Of a stretch of 64,000 bases of DNA, positions 53,001 through 62,472 are shown piece by piece. Below the pieces are notes generated by a model. The model had not been told where the DNA came from. It did no database searches and worked only from the letters and a program-made list of their open reading frames with translations. The stretch is taken from NCBI GenBank assembly GCA_041390825.1, contig JAWKPF010000004.1, positions 129,088-193,087 on the forward strand. The letters are read 5' to 3'. The position numbers were made by a program, and so were the translations under genes. The stretch is from Thermomicrobiales bacterium (GTDB lineage Bacteria; Chloroflexota; Chloroflexia; Thermomicrobiales; UBA6265). Each line of letters opens with the position of its first letter. The first letter of the stretch is position 1.

Positions 53001-54260
53001 TCAGGCGGTGACGTCGATCATCACGCGCTGGACGGCGTTGTATTGGTAGCCGAGCTGGTTCCATTGAGCGACGCCCGGTTGTGAGGTGGCGCGGTCGTCG
53101 GTGGCGCGGGTGAGCAGCCCGGTTGGTCCCGGGGTGGCGTCCCATAGGTATTCGAAATGCGCCCATGAGTGCTCGCCGCTCGAATCGGTGATGGTGGCGT
53201 CGTTCCAGGTCACGCCGTTGTCGGTCGAGACCTCGACTTTGGCGATGGCGCCAAGTCCGGACCAGGCGTAGCCGGTGATCGGCACCTGGCCGGCTTTCAC
53301 CTGGGAGTCGTAGGCGGGCGTCCAGATGGCAGACGACACCGGCATCTCACGGACCGGCCGGAGCACCTCATTCTGAGCAGTGATGACGATGTAGTTGCCG
53401 ACGTTGAAATCGCCCTGGAAGGTGGTATCGAGCACAGTGAGGCCGATGATCCATTTGGTGGAGGCGATGCCACCCCAGCCGGGGACGAAGAGGCGCACCG
53501 GCCCACCATGAGGCGCGGGGAGCTCTTCGCCGTTCATTTGCAGAACCAGCATGGTGTCGGCGCCCATGGCGACGTCGATCGGCAGCCCACGTTGCATCTC
53601 GGGGAAATCACCCCCCTGGGAGACGACATCGATGGCGCCGTCCTTGACCCCGGCCTGATCGAGGACGACGTGGAGCGGCACACCGGTCCATTCGGCGTTG
53701 CCGATGGCGTCATTGCGCCATTGACCGCCCTTGGCGGTGGGATTGAAGAAGCCGCGACCGTTGCCAGAGCATTCGAGGAATGACTGGTAGGTCTGCATCG
53801 GCATCCCTCGCAGGTCGTCCAGGGTGAGCTGAAGCGGGGTATCGACATGACCGCCCACCGTGAGCGTGTACTTCGACGGATCGTCGAGTTGGGCCGATGG
53901 TCCGTGCGATCGGATGAAGAAGGCGTCGTTGGCAACGTCGAAGTCGGTCACCAGTTCCGGCGGGGTGCCAAAGTTGAATCCTCCGTGCGCGATCAGCGGT
54001 TGATCGACACCAATCGACGCGAGGGATTTGGCCGGGTCGTCGTTGGGGGGAATGATCGTGAACGGGCTGGTGAGCTCGGGCAGCGCTGCCGCGGAGCCAG
54101 CTGTGGGTGTGCCGGCGACCGGGGTGGCGGCATCCTGCGCCCAGGCGCCGTCGGCCACGATCGAGGCGATGACCGGAGCGGCGAATCCTGCGGCGGCAAG
54201 GCGTTTCATCAGGGTGCGGCGATCGTAACGCGGGGCGGACGATTCGGTAGCGAGCATCAT
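53001..54260 (-). CDS. Sulfite-oxidase-family molybdopterin oxidoreductase (SorA-like), TAT-exported
   Basis: Leader RRTLMKRLAAAGFAAPVIA. Mo-ligand Cys block FLECSGNGRGFF. C-terminal dimerisation/Ig-like region. Confidence 0.8.
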   Translation of the reverse strand: MMLATESSAPRYDRRTLMKRLAAAGFAAPVIASIVADGAWAQDAATPVAGTPTAGSAAALPELTSPFTIIPPNDDPAKSLASIGVDQPLIAHGGFNFGTPPELVTDFDVANDAFFIRSHGPSAQLDDPSKYTLTVGGHVDTPLQLTLDDLRGMPMQTYQSFLECSGNGRGFFNPTAKGGQWRNDAIGNAEWTGVPLHVVLDQAGVKDGAIDVVSQGGDFPEMQRGLPIDVAMGADTMLVLQMNGEELPAPHGGPVRLFVPGWGGIASTKWIIGLTVLDTTFQGDFNVGNYIVITAQNEVLRPVREMPVSSAIWTPAYDSQVKAGQVPITGYAWSGLGAIAKVEVSTDNGVTWNDATITDSSGEHSWAHFEYLWDATPGPTGLLTRATDDRATSQPGVAQWNQLGYQYNAVQRVMIDVTA

Positions 54261-54559
54261 CTTGGTTGTCCTTTCCGAAGCACGGCTATGAACGATGCGT
54301 ATCGCTTCTCCAAGCGTTGCACAGCCACGCGCGTTCGGCAGATTCGCGCAGGTGGTTCGGAGCGGAGCGCCGGCAATCGTTCGGAAAGGGTTACGGTCGT
54401 CGATGGACGAGCGGCAAGGAACGGTTGGCATCCCTCTCCCGGAGTTGGGAGAGCGTGCTTCTCAGGCAAAGCCGGGATGCGAGAGCACAAGGGACATGAG
54501 ACAGGAGGACACAGTGGTCCTTCGCTCCGATTGGGCGGGGCAGCCTTGGGAGGTGGTGG

Positions 54560-55663
54560 CTACGCGGTTCCTCCAGCGAGGGTTTGCTGGGTGGCGCCGT
54601 CGAAGAGGTGCATGTGGGGGAGGTCGAGGGTGGCCCAGACGATGTCGTCGGCCTTGATGTGGGTCGAGGGGGGAACGCTGGCGACGATGAGGGCGTCGCC
54701 GAGGTAGCCGTGGACGTAGGTGAGGTCGCCAGTCGGTTCGACGGTGTAGACGCGCACGGGGATGGCGCCGTCGCGCTCCTGGGTGTGGAGGTCGATGGCG
54801 TTGTGGCGTAGTCCGGCGACGACGGTTCCGGAGCTGGCGGCGCGGGCCATGGCGGCGCGTTTGTCGTCGAGCTGGTACGACCATTTGTCCGCGTTGCGCA
54901 GCCAGGTGGTGGTTCCGTCGACTTCGACCGAGGCCGGAAGAAGGTTCATGGCGGGGCTGCCGACGAAACCGGCGACGAAGGTGTTGACCGGGTGGTTGTA
55001 GACGGTATCGGGCGCGTCGTATTGCTGGAGGAGCCCGCCGGACATGACGGCCATCTTGTCGGCCATGGTGACGGCTTCCAACTGGTCGTGGGTGACGTAG
55101 ACGATGGTGGCGTTGAGGTCTTGATGGAAACGTTTGAGCTCGGCGCGCATCTGGACGCGGAGCTTGGCGTCGAGGTTGGAGAGCGGTTCGTCCATCAGGA
55201 AGACCTGCGGATTGCGCACGAGGGCGCGGCCGAGGGCGACGCGCTGCTGCTGGCCGCCGGAGAGCTCTTTCGGCCGTCGGTCGAGCAGGGGCTCGATGCT
55301 GAGCAGGCGGGCGGTTTCGCGTACGCGTTGGTCGATCTGGGCCTTCGGAGTCTTGCGCATCTGCAGTGGGAAGGCGAGGTTGTTGTAGACGGTCTTGTTG
55401 GGATAGAGGGCGTAATTCTGGAAGACCATGGCAATGTCGCGGTCTTTGGGGTCGAGGTCGTTGACCAGCCGCTCGCCGATGTAGATGTTGCCATCGGAGA
55501 GCTCGAGCAGGCCGGCGATGAGATTCAGGGTGGTGGTCTTGCCGCAGCCGGATGGACCGACGAGGGCCACGAACTCGCCTTCCTCGACGGTGAGGGAGAC
55601 ATTGTCGACGGCGATGACGTCGCCGTAACGCTTGACGACGTTCTCGAGAATTACGCGGCCCAT
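54560..55663 (-). CDS. Sugar ABC transporter ATP-binding protein (MalK/UgpC/MsmX type)
   Basis: Walker A GPSGCGKTT, LSGGQQQRVALGRAL, Walker B FLMDEPLSNLD, and a C-terminal TOBE-like domain. Confidence 0.9.
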   Translation of the reverse strand: MGRVILENVVKRYGDVIAVDNVSLTVEEGEFVALVGPSGCGKTTTLNLIAGLLELSDGNIYIGERLVNDLDPKDRDIAMVFQNYALYPNKTVYNNLAFPLQMRKTPKAQIDQRVRETARLLSIEPLLDRRPKELSGGQQQRVALGRALVRNPQVFLMDEPLSNLDAKLRVQMRAELKRFHQDLNATIVYVTHDQLEAVTMADKMAVMSGGLLQQYDAPDTVYNHPVNTFVAGFVGSPAMNLLPASVEVDGTTTWLRNADKWSYQLDDKRAAMARAASSGTVVAGLRHNAIDLHTQERDGAIPVRVYTVEPTGDLTYVHGYLGDALIVASVPPSTHIKADDIVWATLDLPHMHLFDGATQQTLAGGTA

Positions 55664-55684
55664 GGGCGGTTCCCTTTGATACGA

Positions 55685-55847
55685 GCAGGCGGCATGCAGC
55701 AGACAGCATGCAGATCGATTGTCCAGAGTCCGGAGTCTTGTGTCCAAGTAGTGAACGCGTCGTCGAGCAGCACTCGCTGCGGCGAGGAGATCCTTCGCTG
55801 GCGCTCAGGATGACAAGACTGTCTGCTGCGTGCGGTGTGCTGCCTGC
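55685..55847. repeat. Intercistronic inverted repeat of GCAGCA-type heptads (GCAGGC..GCAGCAGACAG at 55685-55706; CTGTCTGCTGC..GCCTGC at 55819-55847), with GTCCAGA-type heptads in between
   Basis: Read directly. The 11-nt arms are exact complements and the outer GCAGGC/GCCTGC also pair. Lies between the permease stop and the ATPase start. Confidence 0.8.
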
Positions 55848-56726
55848 TCATTGCTTGACGGCGCCTTCGGTGAGGGCGCGGACGAAGTATTTCTGCAGGA
55901 CCATGAACATGATGACGACTGGGACGCTCATGAGGAAGGCGGCGGCCATGAGGCCGGGCCAGTTGGCGACGTATTCCGAGAAGAAGCGCTGCAGACCAAC
56001 CGGGACGGTGAGTTTCTGGTCGTCGGTGATGAAGGTGAGCGCGTAGACGTATTCGTTCCAGGCGAGGATGAAGCTGTAGATCGCGGTGGCGACGATGCCA
56101 GGCGCCGACAGCGGCATGACGACTTTGATGAATGCCTGGAAGCGAGTGGCGCCATCGATGCGGGCGGCTTGTTCCAGTTGGACGGGTATGTTGTCGTAGA
56201 AGCCTTTCAGCAGCCAGATCGAGAGCGGAAGACCGAACGTGAGATAGGTGATGATGAGGGAGAGGTAGCTGTTCACCAGATGCAGGTTGCGCATGAGGAT
56301 GAAGAGCGGAATCAGGAAGATGACCGCCGGGAACATGTTGCGCAGCAGCACCCCATAGAAGAGGGCGTTCTTCCCAGGGAAGCGGAAGCGGGAGAAGGCA
56401 TAGGCCGCTGGGACCGCCACGCAGACGCCAACAATGGTGGTGGCAGTCGAAACCCAGAGGCTGTTGAGCATGTAGCGCAGGAAGCGGCGGCCGATGTCGT
56501 CGTTCGGATCGAGGAGCATTTTGAAGTTGTCCAGCGTTGGATTGGCGGGAATCCAGCGCGGGGGGAACTGGAGCGCGCCGAGCTGGGTCTTGAGCGCGGT
56601 AGAGAGCATCCAGGCCAGCGGGACGAGCGTGAAGACCATCAGAAAAAAGAGGAAGATCCAGCCTGCAATGCCCCAGGCATCGAAGCGCTTGCGCGAGCCA
56701 GCGGTTCGTTCGTAGTTCGCGCCCAT
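55848..56726 (-). CDS. Sugar ABC transporter permease (MalG/UgpE type)
   Basis: Six TM segments. EAA motif EQAARIDGATRFQAF. Confidence 0.9.
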   Translation of the reverse strand: MGANYERTAGSRKRFDAWGIAGWIFLFFLMVFTLVPLAWMLSTALKTQLGALQFPPRWIPANPTLDNFKMLLDPNDDIGRRFLRYMLNSLWVSTATTIVGVCVAVPAAYAFSRFRFPGKNALFYGVLLRNMFPAVIFLIPLFILMRNLHLVNSYLSLIITYLTFGLPLSIWLLKGFYDNIPVQLEQAARIDGATRFQAFIKVVMPLSAPGIVATAIYSFILAWNEYVYALTFITDDQKLTVPVGLQRFFSEYVANWPGLMAAAFLMSVPVVIMFMVLQKYFVRALTEGAVKQ

Positions 56727-57709
56727 TAGCCCTCCCGTCGCTCATCGCCCCGCGTGAGGGCTTTCACATAGAAGTATCCGAGCGACATCATCACCAGGAA
56801 GAGGATCACCGAATAGGCCGAGGCGATGCCGAAGCGGGTGCGCCCAAAGGCCAATTGGTAGATCTGGGTGATCCAGATGTCGGTGGAGCCGGCGGGACCG
56901 CCGCCGGTCATGATCCAGACGAGGGTGAACGAGTTCAGGTTCGTCAGCAACAAGAGCAGGACAGTGACGACGGAGACGCTCTTGAGTTGCGGCATGGTGA
57001 TATGCCAGAAGCGAGCCCAGGCGCCGGCGCCATCGACGCGCGCTGCGCGGTGGAGCTGATCGGGTACGCCCTGGAGCCCGGCCAGCAACATGATCATGGC
57101 GAAGGGGAATTCTTTCCAGATGTTGGCGATGATCAATGCGGGGAGGGCGCGGTGGATGTTGTCCAGGATATTGATGTTGTCATCGACGATGTTGAGGCGA
57201 ACGAGGGTGTCGTTGATGAGCCCGTAGTCGGAGTGATAGAGCCATTTCCAGATGTAGGCGGCGGAGACGTAGCTGATTACCCACGGAATGAGGAGCAGGC
57301 CGCGCACCACGCTGCGGCCGCGGAACTCGCGTTGCACCACCAGCGCCGCGCCGAGCCCGATGAGATAGGCGAACGCGGTGGAGAGGATGGTCCACTCCAG
57401 CGTGTTCATGGTCACGTTGCGGAAGGAATCGCTTTGCAGGATGCGTTTGTAGTTGTCGAGCCCGACCCAGATCTTGTCTTCCATGGCCAGGTTCGCCGGA
57501 GTGGAATAGAAGGAAAGGCGAACCGTGTAGAAGATGGGATAGGCGATGACCACCAGCATGATGCCGAGAGCCGGGATGATGTAGAGGTAGTCGTTCCAAT
57601 GGCGCGCGATATCGCCGGGCAGCGCGGCAAGCCGGCCGAAGAACCCGGGGCCGGATTTCTTCGGCGGTGGAGGGTCAGCCGTGGGTTGGCCGCCGGTGAT
57701 CGCGGACAT
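56726..57709 (-). CDS. Sugar ABC transporter permease (MalF/UgpA type)
   Basis: EAA motif HRAARVDGAGAWARFWHITMP. 1-nt stop/start overlap with the next permease. Confidence 0.9.
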   Translation of the reverse strand: MSAITGGQPTADPPPPKKSGPGFFGRLAALPGDIARHWNDYLYIIPALGIMLVVIAYPIFYTVRLSFYSTPANLAMEDKIWVGLDNYKRILQSDSFRNVTMNTLEWTILSTAFAYLIGLGAALVVQREFRGRSVVRGLLLIPWVISYVSAAYIWKWLYHSDYGLINDTLVRLNIVDDNINILDNIHRALPALIIANIWKEFPFAMIMLLAGLQGVPDQLHRAARVDGAGAWARFWHITMPQLKSVSVVTVLLLLLTNLNSFTLVWIMTGGGPAGSTDIWITQIYQLAFGRTRFGIASAYSVILFLVMMSLGYFYVKALTRGDERREG

Positions 57710-57807
57710 GCGCGGATGGTCCTTTCCGAACGAGGGAGAAGGCGAACCCGGCCGGCGCCGTTGAGATTGCCGTCGCCGGCCGGGTTCTGGTTACGCGATG
57801 TTGGCGA

Positions 57808-59319
57808 CTAGAGCCCGTCGCCGCGCAGTTCTTCGATCTTGGCAGCCGCATCGTTGGCGGCGTCCTCGACCGACATCGATTCGGTGAGCGCGTTCTGCAG
57901 CATCTCCGGCACGATGATGTTCATGATTTCGGTCGATTCCGGGACCACCGGGAAGGGGATGCCGTAGGGGAGCATGGAGGTGGTCACATCGAGGTTGGGG
58001 ATCGAATCGAGCCGTTCCTTCATCCAGATGGTCTGGAAGCCGCGGATGTTGGAGGGGTTGGAGCCGACCCAGGCGAGCTTGGTGGACCATTCCGGACCGG
58101 TCATGAAGGCGATGAGCGCCCTGGCGGCGTCCAGATCGACATTGCCGCCATCGACCACGGAAGGATCGAAGACGTGGACATTCGATCCGCCGAAGACGAC
58201 CGCGCGGCGATCGGGGCCTTCCGGCAGGAAGCCATAGCGCATGTTCTCGACGACCTGATCGGCGATCTCTTTGTCCGCGCCGGTGGCAGTGGCGGCGAGA
58301 TCGTTCATCTTCGCGTACTCGGAGGGATGGGCGATCATCATGCCGAGGGTGCCGGCGATGAATGGCGCCTGATTCTCGGTCTGGGTGTTGGTCAGCGCAG
58401 AGGTCGGCACCGACTTGTCGGTGACGTACATCTGATAGTAGGCCTGGAGCGCGGCTTTGGAGCCGTCATTGTTGACCCAGATCTCCTCATAGGTGGGGTT
58501 CTCCGCAGCTTCGTCGAGCGCGCCGCCACCATATGCCCACATGGCCGGCATGAAGCGGAACGGGGTGTTGCCGGCATTGACGCGGGCGACGAGACCGTAG
58601 CCGTCCTTGCCGGTGTTGTCCTTGATCTGCTTCGAGTACGCGACGAGATCGTCCCACGTGGCCGGCGGCGCATCGGGATCGAGACCGGCCTCCTCGAAGA
58701 TGGCCGCATTCCAGATGAGGGCCATGGTTTCGTTGTTGGTGGGGACGCCATAGGTCTTGCCGTCATAGGTGACCGACTTCATGGCACCTGGCCAGTATTC
58801 CTCGACCGGGTAGCCGGCATCGGCTGGGCCGAATTCCTGAAGCTGGCCCTTGGCGGCGAACTCGACGCCCCAGAGGATCGGCATCTTGGCGACCATCGGC
58901 GCGGCATTGCCCAGCGCGGCGGTGCGGATCTGGTCCAGCATGTCGTTATAGGTCAGGCTGGTGATGTTGACCTTGATGTTGGGATAGGTAGCCGCGAATG
59001 CTTCCCAAAATTCCTTGTCGATGTCTTTGGTGATTTGCGGTTCGGCATCGGCCGGACCAACGTACCAGTAGGAGACTTCGCCGGCATAGTCGAGCGGCAC
59101 CACCTTGGCGACCTCGGCGGCGGTATCGACCTCGAGGGTACCGGCTTGCGCCACGATGGTTTCCGGAGTCCATTCGGTTGTGTCGATGGTGCCGTCCTGG
59201 GCCAGGGTCAAGGCCGAGGGGAGGAAGGCGGCTCCGGCGCCCGCTGCTGCGCCATATGCGAGGAACTTGCGGCGGTTCAATTCCTTATTGAAGAGTTCGC
59301 GATATCGCTGCGTTGACAT
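57808..59319 (-). CDS. Sugar ABC transporter substrate-binding protein (family 1), TAT-like leader
   Basis: AAGGAG RBS before ATG 59319. Leader NRRKFLAYGAAAGAGAAFLPSALTLAQD. Confidence 0.85.
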   Translation of the reverse strand: MSTQRYRELFNKELNRRKFLAYGAAAGAGAAFLPSALTLAQDGTIDTTEWTPETIVAQAGTLEVDTAAEVAKVVPLDYAGEVSYWYVGPADAEPQITKDIDKEFWEAFAATYPNIKVNITSLTYNDMLDQIRTAALGNAAPMVAKMPILWGVEFAAKGQLQEFGPADAGYPVEEYWPGAMKSVTYDGKTYGVPTNNETMALIWNAAIFEEAGLDPDAPPATWDDLVAYSKQIKDNTGKDGYGLVARVNAGNTPFRFMPAMWAYGGGALDEAAENPTYEEIWVNNDGSKAALQAYYQMYVTDKSVPTSALTNTQTENQAPFIAGTLGMMIAHPSEYAKMNDLAATATGADKEIADQVVENMRYGFLPEGPDRRAVVFGGSNVHVFDPSVVDGGNVDLDAARALIAFMTGPEWSTKLAWVGSNPSNIRGFQTIWMKERLDSIPNLDVTTSMLPYGIPFPVVPESTEIMNIIVPEMLQNALTESMSVEDAANDAAAKIEELRGDGL

Positions 59320-59518
59320 CTTTGCTCCTTGTTGGCTCAGCAACGAGCCGGGTGCGGTTCGAACAGATCGATCGGAAAACCTGCCGGTAAGCATACCGGG
59401 AGTGGACTTCGAGGTGCTCCTTTCGCGCAAGCAGAAACGGCCGATCCGGGCTGATTCGAGAGAGAACGGCGAGATCGAGCACCGGCATCTTCCGGTGCGT
59501 AGCGAGACTGGAGGTGCC

Positions 59519-59548
59519 GTTATACCCATTGCGCTCGCGGGCTGTCAA
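59519..59548 (-). promoter_or_regulatory. Candidate near-consensus sigma-70 promoter for the sugar ABC operon
   Basis: On the minus strand: TTGACA, 18 nt, TATAAC. This implies a leader of about 190 nt before the SBP start. Confidence 0.4.
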
Positions 59549-59833
59549 GCATCGGCAGCAACCTGTGCAACGTGCCTGTTTTTCCGCGAGCGAGGCAATG
59601 GCAAATCCCCATCGACCTTGGTTCTCCTGCACGAATAGTGCGCAATGAAGCTGAAGATTTGGCAAGGGAATCACGGCGCCTTGTGGGCATGACGCCAGGG
59701 GTTCCGCGCGCTTAGGGGGAACAGGGCCGCTGGGATCAGCATGACACGATTGACGGAGATCGTTTGGGCCGGCACACCTGACAATTACCGGCAGACACGC
59801 GCTCGAGCACGAAATGGGGGGACGGAGGCACCG

Positions 59834-61147
59834 ATGGCAAAGAAGCAGACGAAGGCGGAGAAGCCGGACGAGATTCAGCAGATCATCCCGGATGCGTGGC
59901 CGAAATATGCGCCGGCGGGAAAGGAGCCGGTGCGGATTCGGGATCTGAACGTGATCCTGACTGCGCCAGACGGCATCCGGCTGGTCATCGTGAAGGTGGA
60001 GACGAGCGAGCCGGGGCTCTATGGGCTGGGTTGCGCGACGTTCACCCAGCGGCCTATGGCGGTGGTGGAGGCGATCGAGCACTACATCAAGCCGATGGCG
60101 ATCGGGCGCGATGTGCATGACATCGAGGACCTTTTTCAGACCGGGTATCTCTCGTCGTACTGGCGCAGCGGGCCGGTGCTGAACAATGCATTGTCGGGGC
60201 TCGACATGGCGTTGTGGGACATCAAGGGGAAGCTGGCGGGGATGCCGGTCTACCAGCTTTTCGGTGGCAAGTCACGCCGAGCGGCGAATGTCTACGTGCA
60301 TGCCTCGGGGAACGATTTTGCTGAGGTGGAGGAATCGGCCAGGGAGTTCTGGGAGCAGGGATATCGCTATATCCGATGCCAGGTGGCGGTACCGAACTCG
60401 GCGACGTACGGGGTGTCGGGCAAGAGCATGAAGGCGGCCTACCACCTCGACCCGAAGCAGGAGTCGTGGGATCCGGACGCCTACGCGCGTATCGTGCCGA
60501 AGCTGTTCGAGCATATGCGCGCGGCGATGGGCGATGAGGTGGAGTTCCTGCACGATATCCACGAACGGGTGCCGCCGATCACGGCGATTCGCATTGCAAA
60601 GGAAGTCGAGCCGTATCGGTTGTTCTTCCTGGAAGACCCGTTCGCGCCGGAGGATAACGGCTATTTCCCATTGCTGCGGCAGCATTCGGCGGTGCCGATC
60701 GCGATGGGTGAACTGTATGTGAATCAGGCGGAGTACATCGATCTGGTGAAGGATCGGTTGATCGACTTCATGCGGGTGCATATCTCGGATATCGGCGGAT
60801 TGACCAACGCGCGCAAGCTGGCGGCGTATTGCGAGTACTTTGGCGTGCGGACGGCCTGGCACGGACCGGGGGATGCCTCGCCGGTGGCGCATGCGGCGAA
60901 CTTGCAGCTCGACCTGAACACGCCGAACTTCGGTATCCAGGAAGCGTATCTGCCACCAGAGAAGACCCGTGCGGTTTTCCCGGGCACGCCGGAGATACAT
61001 GACGGCATGATGTGGTCGAACGAGCAGCCGGGCCTGGGGATCGATATCGACGAGAAGCTGGCGGCGAAATATCCCTTCCCGGAGCATTCGATCAATGGGG
61101 CGTGGCCGCCGGTTCGGTTGAAAGACGGGACGGTGCAAAGGCCGTAG
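59834..61147 (+). CDS. Enolase-superfamily dehydratase (ManD/RspA-like, mandelate racemase/muconate lactonising family)
   Basis: ATG 59834 after GGAGG. N-terminal capping domain (LVIVKVETSEPGLYGLGCATF). Metal and acid/base region (FLHDIHER, FLEDP, MGE). Confidence 0.8.
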   Translation: MAKKQTKAEKPDEIQQIIPDAWPKYAPAGKEPVRIRDLNVILTAPDGIRLVIVKVETSEPGLYGLGCATFTQRPMAVVEAIEHYIKPMAIGRDVHDIEDLFQTGYLSSYWRSGPVLNNALSGLDMALWDIKGKLAGMPVYQLFGGKSRRAANVYVHASGNDFAEVEESAREFWEQGYRYIRCQVAVPNSATYGVSGKSMKAAYHLDPKQESWDPDAYARIVPKLFEHMRAAMGDEVEFLHDIHERVPPITAIRIAKEVEPYRLFFLEDPFAPEDNGYFPLLRQHSAVPIAMGELYVNQAEYIDLVKDRLIDFMRVHISDIGGLTNARKLAAYCEYFGVRTAWHGPGDASPVAHAANLQLDLNTPNFGIQEAYLPPEKTRAVFPGTPEIHDGMMWSNEQPGLGIDIDEKLAAKYPFPEHSINGAWPPVRLKDGTVQRP

Positions 61148-61288
61148 GTGGGGCGGGGACGGCGGAAGCATCACCCGCTCGGTGCGATTGTGAAGTATGA
61201 TCGGACCGAACCCAGCGGACCTATTCATATGGAATGTGCGTGTGGTGTCGTTCACGTGGAGTGGCACGTCGCGCGGAGAGGGCAAGGC

Positions 61289-62419
61289 ATGGACGATCGC
61301 AGTTTCGATTCGCTTGTGAAGGCAGTTGCTCTCGGGGCGAGCCGCCGCCGCGTGTTGAAGGGGATGCTCGGCCTGGGAGGAGCGGCGCTGGTTGGAAGCG
61401 TCGCGATGGAGGGCGACGCGGATGCCGCGCGGCGTCCGACGCCAACACCCAAGCCGATTCGGTGTCCCGGCCGGCAAACCTGGAACGGATCGGAGTGTGT
61501 CTGTCCTGATGACGCGCCTTCCAAGTGCGGCCCTGATTGTTGCACCGAAGGTGAGATCACGCCCGGAAGCCCAGGGTACTCCGAGTGTTGCGATAACGCG
61601 TGTTGTTTCGGTACGTGTTACGGCGAAGAGCTTTGTTGTCCGACAAATACGCCCGATGGGGGTGGGCTGCCCATAGCGAGTGTTTGCGCCAACGGCGAGT
61701 GCTGCCTGTTGCCAAACGTTTGCATCAACGGCGCGTGTGTGCCGTTCTCTGGTTGTGAATCGAATGACGATTGTGGAGACTGCGAAACCTGCAACCCGAG
61801 GACGGGCCAATGCAGCTCGTTGTGCACTGCCGATCTTCCCCAGTGCTGCGTCAATGGCTTCGGTGAGTACTGCATTCCGAGTGGAGAAACGTGCTGTTCC
61901 AGCGGTTCTGACTGCACGGAACCGTGTTCGTATTGCAACGATGTCGTCAGGTACTGCGTCGACCGATGTGACAATCCCGGCGAGTGTTGTGCCGGCGCGA
62001 ATGGGGATGACTGCTGCCCGGCCGATCGCTGCGTTCCGGGACAAGGGTGTTGCGCGGAAGGCACGAGCGCGTGTGGTACAGGTTGCTGCGACAACGCCAC
62101 CGAAACCTGCGATGGAAACGGCAGTTGTGTTTGCAATGCGGGCTTGATCGAGTGCGATGGCGTGTGCATCGATGCGCAATGTTGCGGGAGCGACGAATCG
62201 CCGTGTATCGAACTTGGGTACGATCCCGATTGCGTCGCGTGCTCAAATGGCGAGTGCGCTACCGCGGGATTCGATTTTCAGAGTTGCGGCACCGCTTTTC
62301 ACAGTTGGTGTTCCAACGGCCAATGCCTTGCGTGCATTCCGTATCTCTCGTACGGGTGTACCTACGACAATCAGTGCTGCAATGGGACTTGTATCGGGGG
62401 CAGATGCGACACGCATTGA
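61289..62419 (+). CDS. TAT-leader hyper-cysteine secreted protein (third member of the MDxxxFDS-leader family, no ABM-like domain)
   Basis: Leader MDDRSFDSLVKAVALGASRRRVLKGMLGLGGAALVG. The mature part is dominated by Cys and CC doublets (SECCDNACCFGTC, GECCAGANGDDCCPADRC, NQCCNGTC). Confidence 0.65.
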   Translation: MDDRSFDSLVKAVALGASRRRVLKGMLGLGGAALVGSVAMEGDADAARRPTPTPKPIRCPGRQTWNGSECVCPDDAPSKCGPDCCTEGEITPGSPGYSECCDNACCFGTCYGEELCCPTNTPDGGGLPIASVCANGECCLLPNVCINGACVPFSGCESNDDCGDCETCNPRTGQCSSLCTADLPQCCVNGFGEYCIPSGETCCSSGSDCTEPCSYCNDVVRYCVDRCDNPGECCAGANGDDCCPADRCVPGQGCCAEGTSACGTGCCDNATETCDGNGSCVCNAGLIECDGVCIDAQCCGSDESPCIELGYDPDCVACSNGECATAGFDFQSCGTAFHSWCSNGQCLACIPYLSYGCTYDNQCCNGTCIGGRCDTH

Positions 62420-62472
62420 TCGGCTGCATCCAGCGATGATTCCGCTGGATCAGTGCGTGCTTCAGGGATGAT

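Noticed and set aside
60272-62179. Very long antisense ORFs: 635 aa here, also 33907-36192 (+), 12810-14054 (-), 3459-4730 (-), 7181-8521 (-), 9313-10509 (+), 28797-30299 (+)
   Set aside because: They lie opposite genes with clear motifs. Their composition is Arg/Gly/Ala/Pro-rich and low-complexity, which is typical of shadow frames in GC-rich DNA. They have no recognisable domains or RBS.
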